Shown one piece after another: positions 46,173-55,411 of a stretch of DNA of 64,000 nucleotides (positions are counted from its first letter, which is position 1; each line of letters begins with the position of its first letter). A program made the position numbers and the translations under genes. This stretch comes from a virus (taxonomy: Duplodnaviria > Heunggongvirae > Uroviricota > Caudoviricetes): the IMG/VR virus record IMGVR_UViG_3300030019_000001; one strand, 5' to 3'. The notes beneath the pieces were generated by a model, which saw only the letters and a list, made by a program, of their open reading frames with translations, searched no databases and was not told the origin of the DNA.

Positions 46173-47922
46173 TCTAATGGTATAAAAACCTCTCAAAGCT
46201 TGCAAGAGAATGATAGTGCAAATGAACACACTTAGATTAAAGTAATCACAATTTAGTAGTAAGGAAACCACCCTTAATCTTGAACAAGATTATAGTGAAA
46301 CTGAAAATACATAAATTTAATGTTACAGAAGTAAATATAACAAATGAAAAAATGTTATTTCTAATCTGTGAAGATAAAAAGAACTGAAAAATGATTTGAT
46401 TTTTTAAAACTCTTGTAAACGTACTTGAGTAAAAAATGTAGAAAAAATATCAAAAAATATTTGGTAAAACAAAAAACTTTTTGTATATTTGTACTACAAT
46501 AATTTAAATCAAAAAATCAGATTTAAACAAGAAATATCAGCAATATCTGAAATCAGAGTGTATATGTTTGTAACAAAATATATATGAACCAGATGAATTT
46601 GATGCTAATAGTGGTGAGTTAATGATAATGAAAATTATCAAAGATGAAAAGTCCATTGAAATAGATATGAGAACTGTAGAACTTATCTTGTTATAAATGT
46701 AAATAGTAACTACACCGTGGAAATTACCTATCAAATTAATTTTTGATGATGTGTGAACCTAATGTCAGATGATCAGTGACTGACTGCTATTATTTCTCTA
46801 CAAGGACTGACTATTGATTAAATTATAAAAATGATGAAGATAAGCACACAGGGTGCAGCACGATTCGAATTGTGCAGAAGGCAAGTGTTACTGACACTGG
46901 GTTCAACTCCATCTATCTTCACTATGAATATTAATTTTAACACTGAAACACTGACTTGTCAGAAGAAGTAAGTTCCTTGATTATTATTCATAACAAAAAC
47001 AAGTAGGAGTACTTGAAAAAATAGTTCAAACTTTAACATTAAATATTTGGTAAAACAAAAAACTTTTTGTAATTTTGAACTACAATAAAAAAGCAAAACA
47101 TATATCAGATTTAATAGATAATCTAATGGTATAAAATACCACCTTGAAGCTTGCAAAAGGAGATAGTGCAAATGAACACACTTAGATTGATAATAATACA
47201 TTTCGCAGATTTGTAAAGTTACAAGAATAAATATGACAAATGAAAGTTTATTTTTCTAAGCTGAGAAGCTAACAGAACTTATAAATGACTTGGTTTTTTA
47301 ATACTCATTCAAGTAAGAGTACTTGAAAAAGTTCAAAACTTTAACATTAAATATTTGGTAAAACAAAAAACTTTTTGTAATTTTGAACTACAATAATGAA
47401 ACAAATCAAATTTCAGATTGAAGCAATGAAAAATGTAATGGTATAAAATACCACCTTGAAGCTTGCAAAAGGAGATAGTGCAAATGAACACACTTACATA
47501 TTAATTATCTTGCTTATACAATGAGAAATATAATGGTATAGAAACCACCTTGAAGCTTGCAAAAGGAGATAGTGCAAATGAACACACTTATATATTTCAA
47601 ATACAATGAAAAATGTTGATACAGAAATCACCTTGAAGCTTGCAATAGGTGTATAACTATAAATGAACACATGTAGAAATAAACTAAATTGTAAATGAAA
47701 CTGAAAATCTAATGGTATAGAAACCACCTTGAAGCTTGCAAAAGGAGATAGTGCAATTAAACACACTTAGATAGTAAAAGCAATGAAAAATCTAATGGTA
47801 CAGAAACCACCTTGAAGCTTGCAAAAGGAGATAGTGCAACTAAACACACTTAGATATTAATGAAATTGAAAAAGTAATAAAAATAATCAAAGGCAAAAGC
47901 CAACTTGAAGCTTGCAAAAGTG
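46173..47922 (+). repeat. eight copies of a roughly 60-65 bp structured repeat
   Basis: Consensus AATGGTATAGAAACCACCTTGAAGCTTGCAAAAGGAGATAGTGCAAATGAACACACTTAG at 46173, 47122, 47434, 47531, 47614, 47708, 47791 and partial 47899. Confidence 0.85.
46835..46922 (+). ncRNA. tRNA-like cloverleaf with 8-bp acceptor and long variable arm
   Basis: TGAAGATA/TATCTTCA; GCAC/GTGC; GCACG/TGTGC; AGTGT/ACACT; TTCAACT loop with weak T stem. Confidence 0.35.
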
Positions 47923-48429
47923 TACGATTAATATTACAGAAGTAAATGTTGCAAATGTAATACAAATTTAAGGATTTATATTATAACAGTAAATATAATG
48001 AACATACCAAATGTTTATTGTTCCACTGAAAAAAGTTCTGAAAAGAAAAAAATGGACTGAAATAGATTTGTGTCATTTTTCAAGTAAACGTACTTGAAAC
48101 AACAAGAAACAACACATTTAGATTGATTAGTATATATAACTATGAAAATGGTTAATTTACAAGTTTAAAAGGTTAATTCCTTTTATTAGAACTAACTTCT
48201 TTTAGTTAAGAAGTGATAGTATAAATTTTTACTACAATCTAAATGTTTGTTTTTTATTAAAAGCGTTCTTTGTAAAAATTGAAAATATTTGGCTGTCTGT
48301 AGTCATTAAATAAACTACGAAAGTAGGATAAAGTGAATATGTAGTTGTTTCTATATATTTGCGACATTAAATTATTTATTAATCAACAGATACAACAATT
48401 ATTAATTTGACACATTTTTTTGTGTGTAA

Positions 48430-49275
48430 TTGATTTTGCTTCGGTAAGATTCTTCACATACTCATTAATATGAATAGTTAATAGTTAGTTAATTTGTTAT
48501 TAATACATTATTTAGTGTTTGAGCAGACAATCAGGATATCATTAAACCTTAATTATCGAGGGTAACACTGTAGAGAAAGTGGTTTAATGCAAAGGCTATG
48601 TGGGTAGTCTAAGTGAGATGGGAACATCAATAAGAATAACCTGAAGGATTATTGCAAGAAATACGATTTCCAGTTGTATAATTGCGTTGTCCATTATGAG
48701 AGTTAGCTTAAAACCGAAAGGTAATATTAGATTGTAATACAATGTACAGGTGGTGCTGTTATTAAGGTTACCTTAGCATTACCAAGTGCTATGAGAGTAT
48801 CTTAGTTGACTTAAAATATGGAGATAGGGATATCTCAGAGAGTAGTTTAGTATATTTCCGTTCAAAAGATGGAGACGCTGGTTGTCGAACCACTACTTTC
48901 ATTATCCACAAAACAAACTTTAAATTGCAAATTTAATGCACAATTAAAATAAAACAAATAAAGGAAAAGTGTTCGACTGTTGTTGATGAAAGGTGACTAC
49001 TAGTTATGAGATGAAAATCGTCGTAGCCGTGAAGAACCCCAAGTTTGACATGATTTTCAGAAAAATTCCTTAAATCTGTAGCAAGATTGAGTTTGGGTGG
49101 CAACCTAGATAGGTAATAAGTACTGAGAGAGTAATTAACAACAAAAGGATTAGTTAATCTAATTGACTGTCATTGAGAATTACTAATGTTAGGGAAACCA
49201 ATATTAGTGGAAAGAAAGTAGAAACAATAATAACTTTTTAAGATTCTTCTGTATAAGGTATATTTCTCAGCCTAT
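48430..49275 (+). ncRNA. large structured ncRNA candidate (GOLLD/ROOL size class)
   Basis: ORF-free, GC-richer, one UUCG- and four GNRA-capped hairpins, followed by a terminator; boundaries approximate. Confidence 0.65.
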
Positions 49276-49282
49276 TACAAAT

Positions 49283-49322
49283 AAAAACACTACTTAATTC
49301 AATATTAAGTAGTGTTTTTTTT
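49283..49322 (+). terminator. intrinsic terminator
   Basis: 16-bp stem AAAAACACTACTTAAT/ATTAAGTAGTGTTTTT plus T run. Confidence 0.85.
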
Positions 49323-49614
49323 CATTTATTTATTTTTAATAAAAAAATATTAAAATAGGGTTGAGTTCACCCAAATTAACGCTTCAGGAGAGTAAATCCA
49401 TTAGATCCTCTATGAATGAAGAAAAAAAAGTAAAATATTAATTAAAATTTAATGAATTTAATTATTTTTTATCATTTTACCGAACTATCTAACAACAAAA
49501 GAAGTTTAATTATTTCTTAGATTGTATTAGAAGAATACTAATTCAAATGTTAGTGAGAAAAAAATAATAGTTTCTAAAGTTCTTCTCTATAATGCTGTAT
49601 TCTCAAGCAATATT

Positions 49615-49656
49615 AAAAAAAATCCTATCTAATTGAAAAATTAGATAGGATTTTTT
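49615..49656. terminator. bidirectional intrinsic terminator
   Basis: AAAAAATCCTATCTAAT-6 nt-ATTAGATAGGATTTTTT. Confidence 0.8.
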
Positions 49657-49657
49657 C

Positions 49658-49710
49658 GTTATAAGCTATTTCACTTATAAACATAAGTTATAAGCTATTT
49701 CACTTATAAA
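49658..49710. repeat. 24-bp direct repeat, each copy a 7-8-7 inverted repeat
   Basis: GTTATAAGCTATTTCACTTATAAA at 49658 and 49687. Confidence 0.75.
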
Positions 49711-50009
49711 TTGAATTTTTTTATATCTTTTTTGAAATTGTGATCTTTAATGAATTTATCAACATCATCATCAATTACTGTATATTCATTGTTTTTTAGT
49801 GATACCCTATCATATTTATATTTACCTTTTTCATCTAAGAATACACCAACATCACCATAACCAAATGGATGTGTCAAAGTACCAGTTAAATACTCACCAT
49901 CATCTTTAAATTTAATTTTGGTGCCTACTGGGTATTTAGATTTACCTGCATATACAATATCATCATCAAATGTTGTAAAATTATGCTCATTAAATTTTTC
50001 TACTTTCAT
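49704..50009 (-). CDS. doubly tagged SH3-like protein (array 3)
   Basis: MKVEKFNE..YPVGTKI..KKFNL. Confidence 0.8.
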   Translation of the reverse strand: MKVEKFNEHNFTTFDDDIVYAGKSKYPVGTKIKFKDDGEYLTGTLTHPFGYGDVGVFLDEKGKYKYDRVSLKNNEYTVIDDDVDKFIKDHNFKKDIKKFNL

Positions 50010-50011
50010 AT

Positions 50012-50389
50012 TTATAAATTAAATTTTTCTGATTTTTTTATCATTAAATACTCATTGTATTTAACAGGATATTTTTTTGTTATTTTTTCTATTACTTTAT
50101 CTCCATCTATATGATCATTTATATAGTCAATAAAATCATATTTTGAAATATCTTTTATGTACCAATCAGGATTATATTTTAATATTAGAAATAAAATATT
50201 CCATTCTCCTTTATAAGAAGCATATAATAATGCAGAATTTCTTCCATCTATATTACTATTAACATCAAAGCCAGAATCTAATAATTTTTTAGTTTTAGAA
50301 TAATTACCATGATATACAGCATTAATTAATTCATTTTTAATTGTATAAAATTCATTCTTTTTACGTTCAAATTTTTTTATATATTTCAT
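50012..50389 (-). CDS. doubly tagged ankyrin-repeat protein
   Basis: AVYHGN..LLDSGFDVN..SALLYAS; ends EKFNL. Confidence 0.85.
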   Translation of the reverse strand: MKYIKKFERKKNEFYTIKNELINAVYHGNYSKTKKLLDSGFDVNSNIDGRNSALLYASYKGEWNILFLILKYNPDWYIKDISKYDFIDYINDHIDGDKVIEKITKKYPVKYNEYLMIKKSEKFNL

Positions 50390-50859
50390 ATGTTAAATTT
50401 TTTTGTCGACTTATAATAATCAAAATCAGAGCTATTTATTTTATTTATTATTTCAGGTAATTTATCTAGTGGTATCCAATATCTATTATCTCCAGCAGAT
50501 GAAACATCTTCAATAGAACTATTCTTTACAATATTTCCTAAATAGTCTTTAATATCTTCCATAAAATTCATTATTGGATGGTAACAATATAAAATAGAAT
50601 TTCTATCATAATTATAATGCAATTCCAAAACTTCAGCAGCATCATCTATATCATGTGGGTCAATAAAAATTCTTACAACATCATAATATTTTTTATTACT
50701 ACTTTCATATGTATTTGAATAAACATCCCATTCCATATCAATATTTTTCTCTATAAATTTAGTTAATACATCACCAAAATTAATAACTTCGTGAGGTAAT
50801 TTCTTCCTTTTTTTAAATATGTCAGTGAATGCATTTTCAAACGTTTTAATGTGTTTCAT
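50386..50859 (-). CDS. doubly tagged cassette protein (array 3)
   Basis: MKHIKTFE..KKFNI. Confidence 0.8.
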   Translation of the reverse strand: MKHIKTFENAFTDIFKKRKKLPHEVINFGDVLTKFIEKNIDMEWDVYSNTYESSNKKYYDVVRIFIDPHDIDDAAEVLELHYNYDRNSILYCYHPIMNFMEDIKDYLGNIVKNSSIEDVSSAGDNRYWIPLDKLPEIINKINSSDFDYYKSTKKFNI

Positions 50860-51257
50860 AGATTAAATTTATTTGTGTGTTTTAGAGCAGGTATATAATC
50901 TAATAAATCCTGTAAATTATCTGAATCTGTCATTATATAACCAAGTTTATATTTATTTAAATTGTAATGCTTATCTTTTCTTTTTTCATTTTTCAATTTA
51001 TCTGTGTTCAAATTATATGTATATAATTTGTTAGTCACAATAAAAAGGTTAGTGTGATCATATACTGCTTCCATTCTATCTTTTTCTAATATAAAATATG
51101 TTCCATTATCTATATTACCCGTTCTATCTTTAAAAAATAAATATTTCTTCATATCTTTATATCTTTGTCTAAGATAATTATCTTCCGCTTTTTGACTATC
51201 CAAAATAGCTTTCTCATCATCTGATATTTCACTTTCAAATTTTTTTATATATTTCAT
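50856..51257 (-). CDS. doubly tagged cassette protein (array 3)
   Basis: MKYIKKFE..NKFNL. Confidence 0.8.
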   Translation of the reverse strand: MKYIKKFESEISDDEKAILDSQKAEDNYLRQRYKDMKKYLFFKDRTGNIDNGTYFILEKDRMEAVYDHTNLFIVTNKLYTYNLNTDKLKNEKRKDKHYNLNKYKLGYIMTDSDNLQDLLDYIPALKHTNKFNL

Positions 51258-51832
51258 AAATTGAATTTTTTTATATCATTTTTAAAATTATATTCTTTAA
51301 TAAATTCTTCATATTTATCTGGATATTTTTCTATTATTTTTTTCATATATGCAGGTTGTAAATGCATCAAAAAAGTATTATTATAATTATCAGATATATT
51401 CCAATCTGCACCACTTTCAATTAAGTTTTCAATTATTTTAAAAGCCTTTTTATCTGTGTAGCTAGAAATCATAATTAATGCAGTTTCGCCGTCATCATTT
51501 TTAATATTCAAATCTGCGTGAGCATCTATTAAATCTTGAACAAATTCTTCTTTTTTATTTCTTGCTGCTATCATCAATGGAGTGACTCCATTAGTACATG
51601 TACAATTTACATCTGCTCCTGATTCTATCAAAAATTTAAACACGTTATATAAACTAAACCTAACTGACTGAAGCAAAGGTGTTTCACCAGTACTATCTTT
51701 AATATTAAGATTAATATTAGGTATTTCAGATACTAATTCTTTAATTTTAGGTAAATTAATATTATGGATATACCAAAATATATCTTTTTCATCATAAAAA
51801 GTTGATAATTCAAATGTTTTTATATATTTCAT
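51254..51832 (-). CDS. doubly tagged ankyrin-repeat protein (about 4 repeats)
   Basis: GETPLL, GVTPLMIAA, GETALI; ends KKFNL. Confidence 0.9.
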   Translation of the reverse strand: MKYIKTFELSTFYDEKDIFWYIHNINLPKIKELVSEIPNINLNIKDSTGETPLLQSVRFSLYNVFKFLIESGADVNCTCTNGVTPLMIAARNKKEEFVQDLIDAHADLNIKNDDGETALIMISSYTDKKAFKIIENLIESGADWNISDNYNNTFLMHLQPAYMKKIIEKYPDKYEEFIKEYNFKNDIKKFNL

Positions 51833-52143
51833 ATGTTGAATTTTTTTGTTGATAATTCTAATTCTAATTTTTCTTTTGAGATAGCATAAGAGTAAACATC
51901 TTCTAAGTTTAACTCTATTTGATATATATAATATACTCTAGATTTATAAAAATATTCCTTGATTTCTTCTGGTACATATTTATAACCAAATTTAATCCAT
52001 ATTCCTCTTACTTCGATAATTTTACTAATATTATTTTGAAAAAATTCTGTAACTCCAGGATTAGTTGTTTTAAAATCGATTATAGCATAATCTCCTTTTT
52101 TTATTTTTCTATCTAATTTTTCAAATGTTTTTATATATTTCAT
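51829..52143 (-). CDS. doubly tagged cassette protein, GDY type
   Basis: MKYIKTFE..KKGDYA..KKFNI. Confidence 0.8.
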   Translation of the reverse strand: MKYIKTFEKLDRKIKKGDYAIIDFKTTNPGVTEFFQNNISKIIEVRGIWIKFGYKYVPEEIKEYFYKSRVYYIYQIELNLEDVYSYAISKEKLELELSTKKFNI

Positions 52144-52574
52144 AAATTATATTTATTTGTATTTTTATATAAATTAAGCTCTTTTACTATATCTGGATAT
52201 TTATCGTCAAACCATTTTTTTAATTTATCATTAGTAATCAAATCATAAAATGTATCACCTCCAAACTCGAGCTTATAATTAACTCCATTATCCAATAATA
52301 ATTCAATCATTTTCTTTTTTTCATATAAATCAATATCTCGTATTATAACCTCAATTAATACATTCTTTCCATCATAAATATTATTTATTTTATTTTTATA
52401 TATTGGTAATAAATATTCAAATCTTTTAAGATTTCCAGCATGTACAGCCCCAATGAGTTTATTATATCCATATTCGGTTTCTAACTCAGTTTCTATATAT
52501 TCATCCCACATATCTACATCTTTAGATTTAAATACGTTAGTTAATCTATTTTCAAATTTTTTTAAATATTTCAT
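52140..52574 (-). CDS. doubly tagged ankyrin-like protein
   Basis: AVHAGN..LLLDNGVN; ends NKYNL. Confidence 0.75.
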   Translation of the reverse strand: MKYLKKFENRLTNVFKSKDVDMWDEYIETELETEYGYNKLIGAVHAGNLKRFEYLLPIYKNKINNIYDGKNVLIEVIIRDIDLYEKKKMIELLLDNGVNYKLEFGGDTFYDLITNDKLKKWFDDKYPDIVKELNLYKNTNKYNL

Positions 52575-52921
52575 ATGTTGTATTTCAATGCTTCTTTTTT
52601 TCTGTTGAACTCTTCTATCTCATTTGTATTTAGCTTTCTTATTATTTCATCTGACTCAACACCATAAGAATCATTTTTTTCATTATTATAATTATAAAAA
52701 GTTACACTATATAAATAAAGTCCATTATTTAATTCAACAGTCTTATCCTTTATTAATGCAAATTCATCAATTGGTATAGAATTGCCATATTCATCAACTT
52801 CATCCATTTCATAATCATTATCTTTGTTATTAGATTTTATTTTAATTAAATCAAGTAGTACGTAATCTCCAGCCTTATAATCACTATATAATAATGATTC
52901 AAATGTTTTTAAGTATTTCAT
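52571..52921 (-). CDS. doubly tagged cassette protein (array 3 leader)
   Basis: ATG 52921 MKYLKTFE..KAGDYVL..LKYNI; TAATATATA at 52929-37. Confidence 0.8.
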   Translation of the reverse strand: MKYLKTFESLLYSDYKAGDYVLLDLIKIKSNNKDNDYEMDEVDEYGNSIPIDEFALIKDKTVELNNGLYLYSVTFYNYNNEKNDSYGVESDEIIRKLNTNEIEEFNRKKEALKYNI

Positions 52922-53041
52922 ATGACTATATATATTAAATATAATCATTAAAAATAAAATTTAAAAAAACAAATAATATTTTTTTATTCGAATTATATTT
53001 AGTATCTTTGCATTCTAATAATCTCTAATAATATAAATATT

Positions 53042-53377
53042 ATGAATGTAACAGATGTAATGTTAAATGCTATTGCTTTATTTGATAAAGAAGAAAAAAT
53101 AAATTCTGAACATTATAGTAATGGTAGTGAAACTGGACCAATATTAGATTATGATGTAACTTTTGATAATATTATTGAAGCAACTTATGGTTGGACTGAT
53201 TATGAAGAAGGAGAAACTACTCAAGTCAAAATTATTTTCACATCAGATAATATAAAAATAGAAAAAAATACATCTGGTTCAAGTGTTATGTGTGAATTTC
53301 CATATGATGAAGATTCTATTTTGTCTTTTTCAAATGAAGAAGATTTTTTAAATTGGTTAAAAGATGAAATTCAATGA
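53042..53377 (+). CDS. acidic hypothetical protein
   Basis: TATCTTTG box upstream. Confidence 0.65.
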   Translation: MNVTDVMLNAIALFDKEEKINSEHYSNGSETGPILDYDVTFDNIIEATYGWTDYEEGETTQVKIIFTSDNIKIEKNTSGSSVMCEFPYDEDSILSFSNEEDFLNWLKDEIQ

Positions 53378-53670
53378 ACTACGACGAAACATTTGAAAAA
53401 AGATCAAAATTAATAATTAAAGCTGATTCTATTACAGAACAATATTTAGAATTGGCTACTGAAATTTTAAATAAATCTGGTCAATTTGGAAAATATTCTA
53501 GTATTATTCATGAAAATATTGAAGATGACGGAATATCATTTGAATTATGGCTTGATCAGTGTGATTATACCGCAGGAAGAGGTAGTTATTTTGTTAGTAA
53601 ACAACTTCTTGATATGAAAATTGAGCAATTTTTGAGAAGGAAAAAATTAAATAAATTAAATAAATTATGA
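53374..53670 (+). CDS. hypothetical protein, RKxKL-type tail
   Basis: Ends LRRKKLNKLNKL. Confidence 0.7.
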   Translation: MNYDETFEKRSKLIIKADSITEQYLELATEILNKSGQFGKYSSIIHENIEDDGISFELWLDQCDYTAGRGSYFVSKQLLDMKIEQFLRRKKLNKLNKL

Positions 53671-54083
53671 AAAACTTTAAATTAATCATTGTATTGTTAT
53701 TTATATCAATTTCAATGTTTTCACAAAATGATCAGACTAAGTTAATCACAAAATTATCATACTCTAGCAAATCAGTTGGTGTAGATTTTGGATATATTTC
53801 TGAAAAATCAATTTATCAATGTTTAAGCATATCATTACCAGTTGATGATAGACTACCAGATTATTTTAATTATGGAATAGGTTATGTTTTTGATTCTAAT
53901 TTTTATATTATGGGGTTAGCTGGTATGTGTGCAACACCTCAAAATGATATTAAATTAGTAAGTAATAAACAATTATTTAGTGGAGGAGCAGAGATAGGAT
54001 ATATTTATGAAAATACATTGATTACTAGTGTATTTTATACTAATAGCACAGGAATTGGTATCAAATTTGGATTTATATTATAA
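53667..54083 (+). CDS. putative exported beta-strand-rich protein
   Basis: Signal peptide; alternating aromatic/Gly strands; ends GIKFGFIL. Confidence 0.55.
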   Translation: MKNFKLIIVLLFISISMFSQNDQTKLITKLSYSSKSVGVDFGYISEKSIYQCLSISLPVDDRLPDYFNYGIGYVFDSNFYIMGLAGMCATPQNDIKLVSNKQLFSGGAEIGYIYENTLITSVFYTNSTGIGIKFGFIL

Positions 54084-54084
54084 T

Positions 54085-54411
54085 ATGAAAAAACCAGATA
54101 AAAATGAATATTATAAACTATTTAGTCATGTTATAGTAGGATATTCAGGAACAAGTTCAATATTATGTAACAACTGCAAAACTCATAAACAAGAATTTTC
54201 AGTTTTTCTTGGTGATGATACTAGAATGAGTACATTGTGGTCATACTGTTGTGAAGAATGCTTAAAAGATGTTGTTAAAGAAGCAAATGAGAAAGGACGG
54301 CAGAATGTAGAAACTTTTTATAATAGAGATTGTAAAAAATATTATGATGAATGTGTTCAGTATGTAAGAAAGACTAAGTTAGATAAATTAGGTAATATAA
54401 TAGAAGAATAG
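54085..54411 (+). CDS. Cys-containing protein, RKxKL tail
   Basis: ATG 54085; CNNC..CCEEC; ends VRKTKLDKL. Confidence 0.65.
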   Translation: MKKPDKNEYYKLFSHVIVGYSGTSSILCNNCKTHKQEFSVFLGDDTRMSTLWSYCCEECLKDVVKEANEKGRQNVETFYNRDCKKYYDECVQYVRKTKLDKLGNIIEE

Positions 54412-54505
54412 TATAAAAAATATTAAAACTTTTTATGTTTTTTCCATATGTGACTAATTATTTGTACTTTTGTATTATAAATTAATCATTTAAAGTTATA
54501 AATAT

Positions 54506-54892
54506 ATGAGAATCTTCAATATTGAAAATTTATTAAGAGTAGATGCAATTGAATTTTTACGTAATGAACTAACTGGCAAAGTAGAGTATCTTGATGTATC
54601 AAAGGCTAGCATTGGTAAAGATACTATTATGTTGACTTTATCTTTTGATAAAAAAGAAAATTGGCATTATGGCTATATTCAAAATTCAAACTATTTGAGA
54701 TTTTGTATTGAACAATCTGGTGAAGTAGAAGTATTTGAATGTTCTTTACATCAAAAAAATTCATCAAGTAGAGATAGATTAAATTCTAAATTCAGAAAAT
54801 GTACAGTCAAATCAATAGAAAAAGTTGTAGAAAAAATATTAATTTTCGTTGAAAAAGTTAATTCAGAATTACAAATATGTGAAATTAATTAA
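54506..54892 (+). CDS. hypothetical protein
   Basis: TACTTTTG box upstream. Confidence 0.65.
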   Translation: MRIFNIENLLRVDAIEFLRNELTGKVEYLDVSKASIGKDTIMLTLSFDKKENWHYGYIQNSNYLRFCIEQSGEVEVFECSLHQKNSSSRDRLNSKFRKCTVKSIEKVVEKILIFVEKVNSELQICEIN

Positions 54893-54896
54893 TATT

Positions 54897-55154
54897 ATGG
54901 CTATAGAAATTCATAACATAGTAACAAATAGTGGATATTTATCATCTTTTTATGATAAATTAAATTTTCTCACAGAAGAAGAAATAAAAGAATTTAACTG
55001 TATAGGTTATTCAGGAAAAAATTCAAAAGGAGAAGAATCAAATTTTTCTAAATACTTAAATTCTTTAAATAAAGGAGAATTTCAAGTTGAAAAAACAAAG
55101 CATGATAATGGTGATTTTTCTGAAAAATTTACTATTGTAAGAGTAACTAAATAA
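54897..55154 (+). CDS. hypothetical protein
   Basis: ATG 54897 preferred. Confidence 0.6.
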   Translation: MAIEIHNIVTNSGYLSSFYDKLNFLTEEEIKEFNCIGYSGKNSKGEESNFSKYLNSLNKGEFQVEKTKHDNGDFSEKFTIVRVTK

Positions 55155-55159
55155 TAATC

Positions 55160-55381
55160 ATGAGAAACGACTCAACTCAAAACGTCTCACAAACTTATAG
55201 TCCTGAATATTATTCATTAATTGACAGATTAAAACGTCATTCAGAATGGAAATATTCAAATAGATTATGGAGGTTAGAATTCTACAATAACGTAGCTTAC
55301 ATGTGGAAAGATAAAAAAGAAGCTCTTGAAGAAAGAGTTTTAAAATTAGAAGATGATATGAGGACATCAGGAGCATTATAA
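55160..55381 (+). CDS. hypothetical protein
   Basis: ORF in co-oriented run. Confidence 0.6.
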   Translation: MRNDSTQNVSQTYSPEYYSLIDRLKRHSEWKYSNRLWRLEFYNNVAYMWKDKKEALEERVLKLEDDMRTSGAL

Positions 55382-55411
55382 AAAAATGAGAGATTTTTAA
55401 TCTCTCTTTTT
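55381..55411. terminator. bidirectional intrinsic terminator
   Basis: GAGAGATT-TTT-AATCTCTC with A/T flanks between convergent genes. Confidence 0.65.

Larger units (their letters stand above)
45471..47385 (+). repeat. seven near-identical Bacteroidota-type promoter units
   Basis: TTTG-20 nt-TA[AT][AT]TTTG at 45471, 45890, 45991, 46101, 46460, 47046, 47354; most within AAACTTTAACATTAAATA..ACTACAAT. Confidence 0.85.
45945..48098. repeat. recurrent 8-4-8 palindrome TTCAAGTA-N4-TACTTGAA
   Basis: Perfect at 45945, 47308, 48079; partial at 47000 and 46410. Confidence 0.75.

Noticed and set aside
46510-46694. Coding-like stretch (..YEPDEFDANSGELM..)
   Set aside because: No start codon and needs a frameshift; at best a remnant.
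46537-47766. Minus-strand ORFs 46537, 46959 and 47494, and peptide readings of the repeats
   Set aside because: Frames are not conserved between repeat copies; indels and stops differ.
46173-47922. CRISPR array interpretation of the 60-bp repeats
   Set aside because: Repeats are too long, spacers are uneven, AT-rich and partly related, terminal GTT/AAC motifs are absent, and no cas genes are in the window.
49355-49420. Small hairpins after the large-RNA terminator
   Set aside because: Stems of 3-4 bp only; insufficient support for a separate RNA.
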